64,000 nucleotides of DNA from Eledone cirrhosa (taxonomy: Eukaryota). The notes below the pieces were generated by a model. It was not told the DNA's origin. It made no database searches and saw only the letters and a program-made list of their open reading frames with translations. Every line of letters starts with the position of its first letter. Positions within the stretch are counted from its first letter, which is position 1. The DNA lies in contig OZ024750.1 in the NCBI GenBank assembly GCA_964016885.1, positions 35,402,001-35,466,000 of the forward strand, written 5' to 3'. The position numbers and the translations under genes were made by a program. Shown here one piece after another: positions 41,738-54,669 of the stretch.

Positions 41738-42650
41738 TACTGAGGGCCAGGGACCATGAATAATTACAACCAATGCTCTCTACTAACTCCCCTCCCTCGC
41801 TACTGAGGGCCAGGGACCATGAATAATTACAACCAATGCTCTCCTACTAACTCCTCTCCCTCACTACTACCATTTCGATTCCTCATTACTGAGGGCCAGG
41901 GACTATGAATAATTACAACCAATGCTCTCTACTAACTCCTCTCCCTCGCTAATGAGGGCCAAGGACTATGAATAATTACAACCAATGCTCTCCTACTAAC
42001 TCCTCTCCCTCGCTAATGAGGGCCAGGGACTATGAATAATTACAACCAATGCTCTCTACTAACTCCTCTCCCTCGCTACTGAGGGCCAGGGACTATGAAT
42101 AATTACAACCAATGCTCTCCTACTAACTCCTCTCCCTCGCTAATGAGGGCCAGGGACTATGAATAATTACAACCAATGCTCTCTACTAACTCCTCCCCCT
42201 CGCTACTGAGGGCCAGGGACCATGAATAATTACAACCAATGCTCTCTACTAACTCCCCTCCCTCGCTACTGAGGGCCAGGGACTATGAATAATTACAACC
42301 AATGCTCTCTACTAACTCCTCCCCCTCGCTACTGAGGGCCAGGGACCATGAATAATTACAACCAATGCTCTCTACTAACTCCCCTCCCTCACTACTGAGG
42401 GCCAGGGACTATGAATAATTACAACAAATGCTCTCTACTAACTCCTCTCCCTCACTACTGAGGGCCAGGGACTATGAATAATTACAACAAATGCTCTCTA
42501 CTAACTCCCCTCCCTCACTACTGAGGGCCAGGGACTATGAATAATTACAACCAATGCTCTCTACTAACTCCTCTCCCTCACTACTGAAGGCCAGGGACTA
42601 TGAATAATTACAACCAATGCTCTCTACTAACTCCTCTCCCTCACTACTAC
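41738..42650. repeat. 63/64-bp minisatellite, about 14 copies
   Basis: Unit TACTGAGGGCCAGGGACTATGAATAATTACAACCAATGCTCTCTACTAACTCCCCTCCCTCGC. Confidence 0.95.
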
Positions 42651-42905
42651 CATGCACTCATGTACTCCTCCAACTTTCTCCATGTCCAATTCCTTATGTC
42701 ATTCATCCAGCATCTCCTTGGTCTTCCTCTCAGGATGTGGGTGCAATGTGGGCTTTGATGACATGGCCAAAGTATTGTAGATTTCACTTCCTTATGGTCA
42801 CTATCATCTACCTCTCTGTTCCCATATGCTCCAGGACCAACTCACTAGTTTTGTGGTCCTACCAGCTGATGTTGCAGTGCCCACCTGTAACATATCTCAA
42901 ATGAC
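42650..42905 (-). mobile_element. degenerate RTE (BovB-like) C-terminal fragment
   Basis: Minus strand LQYFGHVIK..GRPRRCWMNDIRNWT. Confidence 0.75.
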
Positions 42906-42919
42906 ATTAGTTTGTTAAC

Positions 42920-43109
42920 AATAATTGTTTCTACTTTTGGCACAAGGCCAGCAATTACCCAGTACATTACTAGTACTTTATTTTATCGACCCCGTAAGGA
43001 TGAAAGGCAAAGTCAACCTCGGCGGGATTTGAACTCAGATCGTAATGGGACGTAACTATGCTGGAAAGCATGGCGCCCGACCCTCTACCGATACTGCCAA
43101 TCCACCGCC
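42920..43109 (-). mobile_element. SINE family B, full length
   Basis: Family consensus match; flanked by TTAACAATAA direct repeats. Confidence 0.9.
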
Positions 43110-44118
43110 ATTAACAATAACAATAACAATAATAATTTATAAACTGTCTATTGACATTGGATATTTGTTTCTGTTAATCAATTCACTTTGTCATCTCCAT
43201 CATGTTTCATACACAAAAACATGTAGACTTTAATCTGTTTTATCTGAGTAGTGAGTAATTTGAGTAAGGTATGATTTGAGTAGGGAATGATTTAAGTAAG
43301 ATGTGATTTGAGGGTGACTTGGTTGAGCTACCATATATAGGTACCTCTTGTAATTCTTATTGTGTGATTTGCTCAATCCTTTCACCCCAGTTCTGCAGCC
43401 CTCTATGAGAATTCATTACAGACTTCATCTTAAAGCTTATGTTTAAACTGAACAACATCTACTCTCTTCAGTTTGGAAGGTTAGTAAAGACAAATGATTA
43501 ACTAGTCACTTCTTCCTCCAACTGTGTCTAGATAACAACAAAAACCCTTCCTTTATAAATACCCTAGTATTGATTTATCAGTATAAGAGTTTGTTTCTAT
43601 CACCATTTTATAAAGCCATATGAGGTTAACTTTGCCTTTCATCCATTTGAGTTTGATAAAAAAAAAAGTACCGGTCTAGTACTGGGATTGATTCTTCCTC
43701 TATATCACTTTCTCACTTCCATCTCTTACTCTCTGGCCTTCTGTATTCAGACTTGGAGAGAAGATGGGCTCTGCCCAATAAAAAAAAAACCCACCCAAGA
43801 GATGTTGTATGGCCGTACGACGCCCTCAGGAGTTACTGGGCCATACCATATATACATTCACATCTTGTTCCATACCATATATACATTGACATCTTGTTCC
43901 ATACCATACATACATTGACATCTTGTTCCATACCATACATATATTGACATGTTCAAGTAAATTCTATTTATTGATACATTCATTTATTCATATATAGACT
44001 GTATTGGATAATGTAGTACTAAATATGTTACTCTGGAAAAGTGTTGAAGATATTATATGTGAATTTCCCAAAGACTATTCAAAGAAACTTGACTTCAAAT
44101 TTCATCAAACATTTTTTC

Positions 44119-44989
44119 TTAACCCTTTAATGCTCAAACCGGCCCAAACTGGCCAGAATTCTCTACCTCTTTCTGTTGAAACTGGCTGTAACTGGTCGCT
44201 CAAACTGATGTTAAGGTATTGTTCTCAAAATAAATACTTTCAAAATCTCATAGATTCGATATTATGTGAGATATGTGAGATAAAGCCTTTACCATGAAAA
44301 TATAATAGTATATATAGAGTAATGTAAATGTTATGTGAGATAATTTTGTGAGGTAAAGCTTTTACCATGAAAATATAATAGTATATATAGAGTAATGTGA
44401 ATATTATGTGAGATATGTGAGGTAAAACCTTTACCATTAAAATATAATAGTATATATAGAGTAATGTGACTGTTATGTGAGATATGTGAGGTAAAACCTT
44501 TACCATTAAAATATAATAGTATATATAGAGTAATGTGAATGTTATGTGAGATATTATGTGAGGTAAAGCCTTTACCATGAAAATATAATAGTATATATAG
44601 AGTAATATGAATGTTATGTGAGATAATTATGTGAGGTAAAGCCTCTAACATGAAAATATAATAGTATATATAGAGTAATGTAAATGTTATGTGAGATAAT
44701 TATGTGAGGTAAAGCCTTTACCAGGAAAATATAATAGTATATATAGAGTAATGTGAATGTTATGTGAGATATTATGTGAGGTAAAGCCTTTACCATGAAA
44801 ATATAATAGTATATATAGAGTAATGTGAATGTTATGTGAGATAATTATGTGAGGTAAAGCCTCTACCATGAAAATATAATAGTATATATAGAGTAATGTA
44901 AATGTTATGTGAGATAATTATGTGAGGTAAAGCCTTTACCAGGAAAATATAATAGTATATATAGAGTAATGTGAATGCTTAAGGGTTAA
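44119..44989 (+). mobile_element. TTAA-flanked MITE, copy 2, containing a ~67-73-bp internal minisatellite (44265-44980)
   Basis: TTAA-CCCTTTAATGCT...GAATGCTTAAGGG-TTAA; about 10 tandem units of GAGGTAAAGCCTTTACCATGAAAATATAATAGTATATATAGAGTAATGTGAATGTTATGTGAGAT. Confidence 0.85.
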
Positions 44990-45564
44990 ATAACATAAGT
45001 TAAAAATTCTAATTGTTTCTTCATTTGGTGCAAGGCCAACAATTTGATGGGAAGAGAAAGTTGATTAGATTGACACTAGTATGTTACTGGTACTTTATTC
45101 TATAAGTAAAATTAATAATGTATAATGAATATTTAGACTTTCATCTATATTTTTTTTTTTCTTCACATTTGATTTAAGAAAAATGAAAGTATTTTTAGGT
45201 TGTTGCTTAATATGTTAATATGTGCTGTGAGTTGATTTAGTGGAGAAAGATTGCTAATACTTGTGATTGAGATATTTTTGTTTTTACATTGTAAAAAAAA
45301 TCAAACAATGTACATTCACACACAGATGCACATAACTATACACATACATACACACATACACACACACAGACATACGCATGTACACACACATATACACACA
45401 CACACACAGACATATACATGTACACATACAACATATATAACTCAACAGCAAATGTTAAACAAATATAATTCTTCATTATACTGTGTCATTTGTTTTCTTA
45501 TTTCTGTTTATTTTTTGCACACACACACACACATATATATTTATTCACACACACACATATATAT

Positions 45565-46160
45565 ATCATCATCATCATCATTTTACATCCGCTTTTCTCT
45601 GCTTGCAAGGATTGGACGGGTCCTATTCAGCACAGCATCCTCGTCAGTGTCCCTCGTCATCTCCTCGGTGAGTTTCAGCAATCTGAGGTCTGCTCTCACC
45701 ACCTCTGCCCATATTTTTCATGGTCTACCTCTACTGCTTCTTCCTTCTACTGGGATTTCTTGGCACTTCTTTACCCCTCATCCTCCATGCGCATCACATG
45801 TCCATACCATCTCAGCCTTCTCCTTGCACACCACCACAACTTATCCCTCTTATACCCAGTTTCTTTCTCAACTCGTCCATGCTTGGTTGTTCACGTACAT
45901 TGCACATCCAACGGAGCATACTTTCTTCATTTCTCTCCTGCCGTCGCATATCCTCTGCAGTTGCTGCCCATGTCTCACTAACATGCAGCATCGCGCATCT
46001 CACACAGGCATCATATAACCATTCTTTGTACGCAGGGAGAAACCCTTCTTTGTCAACAGAGGAAGCAGCTCCCTAAACTTCTTCCAACCCATCCTTATTC
46101 TAGATACTATGGCCTCGGGACACTCCCTCTCCCCTCCCATGCTAATCTGATCACCTAAGT
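45565..46160 (-). mobile_element. 5'-truncated RTE LINE, third subfamily
   Basis: MLHVSETWAATAEDMRRQERNEESMLRWMCNV..LRWYGHVMRMED; (CAT)n tail. Confidence 0.9.
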
Positions 46161-46346
46161 ATATATATATATATCTACACTTGCATGGACACCCCTAATT
46201 TGTTGGATTCTTACTCTAGATTTTCACCCTGGAACTGGACATTATCCAGACCCTACCTGAATTTCTATTTGGGTATCTTTTCAGATTAGTAGACATATTC
46301 ATTGCTAGACATTAGATTATATGGCTTGGTTAGATAAATAGATAGG

Positions 46347-46377
<31 letters not shown>

Positions 46378-46426
46378 TTAAATTGAACAGATACATATAT
46401 AGATAAGGTAAATAGGTAGATAGATA

Positions 46427-46808
46427 TGTTTCTTTATTAGCCACAGGGGCACAAAAGAAGGGGACAAATACAAAGGGGGAAGTTTACATACAATGTAAAC
46501 ATACGTGTAAAATGTTATCACAAATGCAATTTAAAAAATTAGTCGATATTCCCCAATAGGGGGAGACATTACATATGGGTAACACATACCCCCGAAAAAA
46601 AATGTGCAACCCTCATCTCCAGGAGTACGAAGAGTTTGTACTCCTTTCCTCTCCTCCTCCTTTTCCTCAACCTACAGACTGATATAGAGAGAAGGCCCAT
46701 TCACTCGGGCTATTCTCGCCACTTTCACCCACCTTTCATAAAACTTGCTGGGGTACAGCACCTCTCTCTCCATCCTGATTCTTCTTCCAAAGTGGTATTT
46801 GAAAAAAA
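46427..46808 (-). mobile_element. 3' end of the Tx1/L1-type LINE inserted in a (GATA)n tract
   Basis: Near-identical reverse complement of 31042-31416 (FFKYHFGRRIRMEREVLYPSKFYERW..SL* plus UTR). Confidence 0.95.
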
Positions 46809-47485
46809 AAAAATAGGTATATAGATAGGTAGATAGATAGGTAGATATATCGATTGATAGGTTATTTAAATAGATAGATAAATAGATAAAATACATAGAT
46901 AAGTAGATAGATCAATAGATAGATAAATTAAATAGATAGATTAGATAAATAGGTAGATAGATCAATAATTGAGAAAGATAGATTGATTTGGAGGATTGAC
47001 TGAGATAGCAGTGTATTAAATGCAAAACTACATTTAGTTTTGTCCTCCATGGTTTTGAATTCAAATCCTGCCTTTAAACTTTTGTCACTCTTCTGCTTCA
47101 ATAAAACACGTATCAGTAGTGCACTAGAGTTCACTCCAGTCAGTAAACCCTTCTCTTGTGAAACTAGAAATTGGCCTTATGCCTGAATAAGTAATCAATA
47201 TTATATTGAGAGAGGAATATAAAGAATATATAATTAGATTGTTGAAATTAGTATTATGTTAATGGAGATTTATCGTTACTTACTATATATAGGCTATTGG
47301 TGGAGTCATTAAAATGTTTGATAGAATACTTTGTGGTATTTGTTTCTGCTCTCTTCTATCTGAGTTTAAATGTTGGTGAGGTCTACTTTGTCTTTTATTT
47401 ATTTCAGGTTGATAAATAAGTACCAGTCAAGTACACAGATCAATTCTTTCCTTTATATCTCTTTCTCCCTTCCATTTTCTCACTC

Positions 47486-47532
<47 letters not shown>

Positions 47533-47534
<2 letters not shown>

Positions 47535-47739
47535 CGAAGGAAATGTGGTAAGGAACCAGATGGACCATAACGCACCAAAGTACTGAATACTTAGGGTAGT
47601 AGAGTGGATAATAGGAACAAGTAAGACCCCGACGGCAGAGCTCAAGCCGTTTGGACGGCTAATTCTGGACATTTTTTTAGTCCAGAATTAGCCGTCGAAA
47701 CGGCTTGAGCTCTGCCGTCGGGGTCTTACTTGTTCCTAT
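47533..47739. mobile_element. palindromic short element in (TA)n with the 3' half of a hammerhead (family P, copy 1)
   Basis: 60-bp arms at 47611-47670 and 47680-47739 with one mismatch; contains GAAA-CGGC-TTGAGCTCT-GCCG-TC; other copies at 56108 and 60513. Confidence 0.8.
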
Positions 47740-47973
47740 ATATATATATATATCCTTCTCTGGAAGTTAAAAATACCTTAGAAATGCTATATGCCAATAC
47801 AGCACCCCTCCCAGGAGTTACAGGGCCATCCATTCAGGGAGGTTATGGCTAATACTATTATATAGTCTATGCAAAAGAAGAAAAAAATGCATATCTTACA
47901 CAGCTGTTTCTTTGGTGCTGAGACAGGTTATAAATATTTCTATACTGTTATACACCATCTCAATATCATTTCA

Positions 47974-48027
<54 letters not shown>

Positions 48028-48282
48028 AGTTGCATTTATTTTGCTTTATGTTTATACGAGTTATCACCAAGTCACAACCAGTGACCTCAAGAGACAACAA
48101 GGTCCGCCATGTTCAAGAAAGAACATACATACTCACACATGCATCTTTAGTGTTTAGACTTGTGATGTACTTATATTGACAGAATCTTCCTTAGTATATG
48201 GGCAGTTCCCATTAGTACTATCTTTTGTATTTCTCCTATACGCGGGTTTCCTGGGATTTGCGATAAGTAATCATTAGACCCC

Positions 48283-48340
<58 letters not shown>

Positions 48341-48346
48341 CATTAA

Positions 48347-48537
48347 GGGCGGTGAATTGGCAGTATCGGTAGAGGGTTGGACGCCATGCTTTCTAGCATA
48401 GTTACGTCCCTTTACAGTCTGAGTTCAAATCCCGCCGAGGTTAACTTTGCCTTTCATCCTTACGGGGTCGATAAAATAAAGTACCAGTAATGCACTGGGT
48501 AATTGCTGGCCTTGTGCCTAAAGTAGAAACAATTATT
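48347..48537 (+). mobile_element. SINE family B, full length (reference copy)
   Basis: GGCGGTGAATTGGCAGTATCGGTAGAGGG...GAGTTCAAATCCC...GTAGAAACAATT. Confidence 0.92.
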
Positions 48538-48837
48538 TCATTACTGTAGTATAATGAGAAAGAAATATATTAATGCAAAAAAATAAAATAATAGGAACCA
48601 AACGAAAGGGTTTTGGTAGATGTAGCTAAGATAAATCTTTATTTAATATTCTTGTAACCTAAGTGGAATACAGAATGCAAATGAAGGAAGAATGCAACAA
48701 CAAAATAATGATAATAAATAATAAAATTAAAAAGATAAAGGAAAAAAAAAAACAAACTGACTCATGTGACATTTACAGCAAGTAAATACTAATGTTGATT
48801 ATGATGATATGAAGATTAATACTGACATCAACAAATA

Positions 48838-49506
48838 TGGTGGTGGTGGTGGAGGTGGTGGTGGTGGTGGTGGTGATGTTGGTGATGTTGGAAGTGGTGG
48901 TGGTGGTGGTGGTGGTGTTGCTGATGATTATGGTGGTGGTGTTGGTGGTGGTGGTGGTGGTGGTGGTGGTGGTGATGTTGATGATTATGGTGGAGGTGGT
49001 GGGGGTGGGGGGATGTTGGAAGTGGTGGTGGTGGTGGTGGTGTTGATGATTATGGTGGAGGTGGTGGTGATGTTGGAAGTGGTGGTGGTGGTGGTGGTGA
49101 TGATGTTGATGATTATGGTGGTGGTGGTGGTGGTGATGTTGGAAGTGGTGGTGGTGGTGGTGATGTTGATGATTATGGTGGAGGTGGTGGGGCTGGGGGG
49201 GGGGATGTTGGAAGTGGTGGTGGTGGTGTTGATGATTATGGTGGAGGTGGTGGGGTTGGGGGGGTGATGATGTTGGAAGTGGTGGTGGTGGTGGTGGTGG
49301 TGATGTTGATGATTATGGTGGTGGTGGTGGTGGGGCTGGGGGGGGGGAGTGATTTTGATGATTATGTTAATGTTGATAGTGGTTATGTTGGTGGTGGAGG
49401 TGATGATGATGATGGTGGTGGTGGAGGTGATGTTGATGGCAGTAGTGGTGGGGATGGAGAAGATTGTTGATAGTGGTGGTGGAGGTGATGATGATGGAGG
49501 TGTAGT

Positions 49507-49562
<56 letters not shown>

Positions 49563-49811
49563 GTGATGGTGGTGGTGGTGGAGATGAAGGTGGTGGTGAT
49601 GGAGGTGATGGTGGTGGTTGCAGTAGTGGTGGGGATGGAGAAGATTGTTGATAGTGGTGGTGGAGGTGGTGGTGGAGGTGCCGATGATGGAGGTGTAGTT
49701 GATGATGATGATGATGATGATGGTGGTGATGGAGGTGATGATGGTGGGGATGGAGAAGATTGTTGATAGTGGTGGTGGTGGTGGAGGTGATGATGATGGA
49801 GGTGTAGTTGA

Positions 49812-49843
<32 letters not shown>

Positions 49844-50378
49844 ATGGAGGTGATTTTGATGATGGTGGTGGTGGTGGTGATGATGATGATGATGGAGGTG
49901 ACTTTGATGATGATGATGGTGGTGGTGATGGTAGTATAGGTGATGATGGCGGAGAGGTAGTGGCAAAGATGGAGGAGAAGATTGTTGATAGTGGTGGTGG
50001 TGGTGGTGGAGGTGCCGATGATGATGATGATGATGGTGGAGGTGCCGATGATGATGATGATGATGGAGGAGGTGATTTTGATGATGATGATGATAGTGAT
50101 GGTGATGGTGATGGTGATGGTGATGGTAGTATAGGTGATGATGGCGGAGAGGCAGTGGTAAAGATGGAGGAGAAGATTGTTGATGGCGGTGGTGGTGGTG
50201 GTGGAGGTGCCGATGATGATGATGGATGTGATTTTGATGATGGTGGTGGTGGAGGTGATTTTGATGATGGTGGTGATGGTGATGATGATGATGATGGAGG
50301 TGGTGATGGTGATGGTAGTATAGGTGATGATGGCGGAGAGGTAGTGGCAAAGATGGAGGAGAAGATTGTTGATAGTAA
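48838..50378. repeat. (GGT/GAT)n compound repeat with embedded higher-order motifs
   Basis: Direct reading; recurring ATGGAGGAGAAGATTGTTGATAGT motif. Confidence 0.9.
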
Positions 50379-50504
50379 TTGCAGCAATAAATACAAAAGG
50401 AATGTTTAGGAAGAGGAAATGTAAAAAGTAGAATAAGACATTCACTGATGCTTAATCATAGCTAATGCTGATAGTCTAGCCTGGTAATACTTATTGTCAG
50501 CTTT

Positions 50505-51680
50505 GTGTTATATATCTCTGTAGTATGTAGATGTGGCTAGATGGATATATGTGTGTGTATATATGTGTGTGTAGATGTGTGTGTGTAGATGTGTGTATGT
50601 ATATGTGTGTGTGTGTAGATGTGTGTGTGTATATGTGTGTAGATGTGTGTATATATGTGTGTATATATGTGTGTATATATGTGTGTGTATATATGCGTAG
50701 ATGTGTGTATGTATATGTGTGTGTAGATGTGTGTAGATGTGTGTATGTATATGTGTGTAGATGTGTGTATATATGTGTGTATATATGTGTGTATATATGT
50801 GTGTATATATGTGTGTATTTATGTGTGTAGATGTATGTATGTATATATCTCTGTATGTAGATGTGGGTATATATGTGTGTATATATGTGTGTATATATGT
50901 GTGTATATATGTGTGTAGATGTATGTATGTATATATCTCTGTATGTAGATGTGGGTATATATGTGTGTATATATGTGTGTATATATGTGTGTGTATATGT
51001 GTGTATATATGTGTGTATATATGTGTGTAGATGTATGTATGTATATATCTCTGTATGTAGATGTGGGTATATATGTGTGTATATATGTGTGTATATATGT
51101 GTGTGTATATGTGTGTATATATGTGTGTAGATGTATGTATATATCTCTGTATGTAGATGTGGATATATATGTGTGTATATATGTGTGTAGATGTATGTAT
51201 GTATATATCTCTGTATGTATATGTGTGTAGATGTGAGTATGTATATGTGTGTAGATGTATATGTATGTATGTGTGTGTAGATGTGTGTAGATGTATGTAT
51301 GTGTGTATATATGTGTGTAGATGTGTGTATGTATATGTATGTATATGTATGTATATGTGTGTAGATGTATGTATGTATATGAGTGTAGATGTGTGTATAT
51401 ATGTGTGTAGATGTGTGTATGTATATGTGTGTGTAGATGTGTGTATGTATATGTGTGTGTAGATGTGTGTGTGTATATATGTGTGTAGATGTATGTATGT
51501 ATATATGTGTGTACATTTTTTGCCATGCAAATATTTTCTCAGATTCTTATTTACATAAGTATATAATATATATATATATTTGCATATATGTATAAATATA
51601 CACACACACATACATATACATATACATAAATATACATTTATACATAAATATATATACATAAATATATATATACATAAATA

Positions 51681-51713
<33 letters not shown>

Positions 51714-51925
51714 AATGTATATGTGTATATATATATTTACATATATATATATATATATAATACATGTATATATCATATATATATATATATATATGTTTCT
51801 ATCTATTTCTCTCACTCTCTATATATAATATATAATATATAATATATATAGATAGATAGGTAGGTAGGTATATATATATATATTTATATGTATATATATG
51901 CATACATGTATATATATATGTATGT

Positions 51926-51961
<36 letters not shown>

Positions 51962-51970
51962 GTATGTATG

Positions 51971-52022
<52 letters not shown>

Positions 52023-52129
52023 TATATACATATATATGTATGTATGATATATATATATGTATATACATATATATGTGTGTATATACATATATATGCATAC
52101 ATATATACATATATATATGTATACATATA

Positions 52130-52204
<75 letters not shown>

Positions 52205-52808
52205 CTTTTCATTTGTATTTGTATTTGAGGTATATTATGATATGAACAAAAGGTGTTCAGACATTATGCATCTCTATCCTTACAAATAAATATACTACCA
52301 GATGTCAATAAGGAAATCTTTATCTGATTGCTAAACTTCACCAGAAATAGCAGTCAAATATATTCACATAATTTCCCCCACACACACACCCCTACCATCT
52401 CGCGCGCACACACACCTCTACCATCTCGCGCGCACACACACCCCTACCATCTCGCGCGCACACACACACAGACACATACACACACAACCCTATCATCTCG
52501 CACAGACATACACACTCACACACACACACACACAGACACCCATACCCACACACACAACCCTACCATCTCACACAGACACACACACACATACCTACCATCT
52601 CACACAGACACACACACACAACCCTACCATCTCGCACTGACACACACACACACACACACAACCCTACCATCCTGCACAGACACACACACACACACGCACA
52701 CACACACACACACGCACACACACACACCCTTACCATCACGCACACACACACAACCCTACCATCCCGCACAGACATACACACTCACACACACACATACACA
52801 CACACACA

Positions 52809-52848
<40 letters not shown>

Positions 52849-52900
52849 ACCCTACCATCTCACACAGATATACACACACACACACACAGCCCTACCATCT
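50505..52900. repeat. 2.4-kb compound GT/TA/CA microsatellite block
   Basis: Direct reading; GTAGAT-punctuated GT/TA, then (TA)n, then CA with CCTACCATC spacers. Confidence 0.95.
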
Positions 52901-53157
52901 TAAAACAAGTTAGAGAGCAGTCACATTAGATAGTGTACATCTAGCTACACTGTGCCGGAAAAATAAACATGCAAAGTTGAGGGCTAGATCATCTTTGATG
53001 ATAGGTTTACTGGGTGATGGTCGACCTAGGGTTAAACAGCACCATCAACAACTAGATGTTAATATGTTTAGTAGTAGTAACCATACATCTCTACAGCCAC
53101 ATCTTACTAGGCTGATTATAACCTCCTGTATGCCTCACTTCACAATACAATGTAATG

Positions 53158-53204
<47 letters not shown>

Positions 53205-54274
53205 TCTCTCTCTCAAAGCAATTGCGGCCATTTGAATGGAGATGAGCTGATAAATGAAATATTTGAACAACAATTACTTAACAGATCGTTTCCATAAACA
53301 TGTTCTGTTTGCTGGTTGCTTAAAATATGTTAAACACACCAGCTTCTTTTTTCTTTATTCTTTTTTATTTTGTTTATCAAAGAGCATTTTATGTAATAAT
53401 ATAATATCATATTTAATAACAAATCACAGTAACCTTATATATTCCCATATGAAATAGTTTAAAATAAAATAACTAGGTTTTTATCTCGTCTTTCAATTCA
53501 AGAAAACTTCAACATTGTTGAATAGAAATTATTTAGATGTAAAATTTCTGATTATTTCACATTTTTCTCTCATTTCATTATTTTCCATATATTATTTCTA
53601 AACAAACTTTTATTTTCAATAAAGCATACATAATTCTTGACATTTTTCCAAGACTAATTAGATTTTATCTATAGATATCTACATCTTATATAATTCCATT
53701 GTCCATGTAATCTCTCATTTTTGAAAACGTTATTTATAATTTTTTTTCTTTTGGTTAAAAATAATTTTAAATCGACATATATGTTGGTAATTATTATATG
53801 GTCGCCAAGATATTTTTAATTTAATTTTAAAATCAATAAACAGTGGTTTATTTCGAGAGGAGGACCTAATCCGATGAAAGCATTCTTTTCTTGAAGATTA
53901 AATTTCCAATATATTTGTGATTATTTATTTAATAAATTGATGTGGATTGTTAATTGTATTATACAAGAGAGAGATGAAGGAAGAAAGAACCCATGTGAAG
54001 GCTTATTTCTCATATAATACAGAATTAGGGGTGATTTATTGACAGAGACATTAGAGCATCAAATGAAAGGTTTTGTGCTATTTGGGTCAGGATCTTTATT
54101 TACTGAGTTCAGATCATGTCAAGGTCAACTTTGACTTTAATCTGGGGTTCATAAAATAAAGAACCAATCAAGTACTGGCATTGATATAATCAACTTTCAC
54201 CTCCCCACCAAATTGTTTGTCTTGTGCTTAGAAACTATTAGAAACTATTATATATATATCATCATCTATATATG

Positions 54275-54610
54275 TAGTGGAAGGTGCTCTGAAAGTACAG
54301 TAGCCAGAGTTAGAATGGGATGGAAAAAGTTCAGAGAGCTTATATCGCTGTTGGCCACAAAAGGTTTCTCTCTAAAAATGAAAAGCAGATTGTATGATGC
54401 CTGTATACAAACAGCAATGTTACATGGCAGTGAGACAGGCTGGAAAGGAATGAAGCATGCATGCTCCGTTGGATGTGTAATAGTAATATACACAAACGAT
54501 AAAACATAAATGAACTAAGTGAGAAATTAGGAATAAGAGGGATCAGATGCTGTTTACTCAAGAGAAGATTACGTTGGTATGGTCATGAGATGCGCATGAA
54601 AGATGACAAA
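54275..54610 (+). mobile_element. RTE fragment (inverted duplicate of 54675-55035)
   Basis: CSESTVARVRMGWKKFRELISLLATKG..; the reverse complement of the adjacent minus copy, with a ~30-bp deletion. Confidence 0.9.
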
Positions 54611-54669
54611 TACATACACACATATATATATGATGATATATATATAATAGTTTCTAATAGTTTCTATGT

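Noticed and set aside
48809-50445. Gly/Asp-rich, His-rich or Pro/Ser-rich ORFs (e.g. a biomineral- or beak-like protein)
   Set aside because: GGT/GAT repeats are open in most frames on both strands by construction; frame shifts at G runs, no signal peptide or splice evidence. RNA-seq would be needed to revive it
50497-52903. Long HT/YI/CV-rich ORFs (also 1224-1854, 8540-9192, 26887-27359)
   Set aside because: Microsatellite translations
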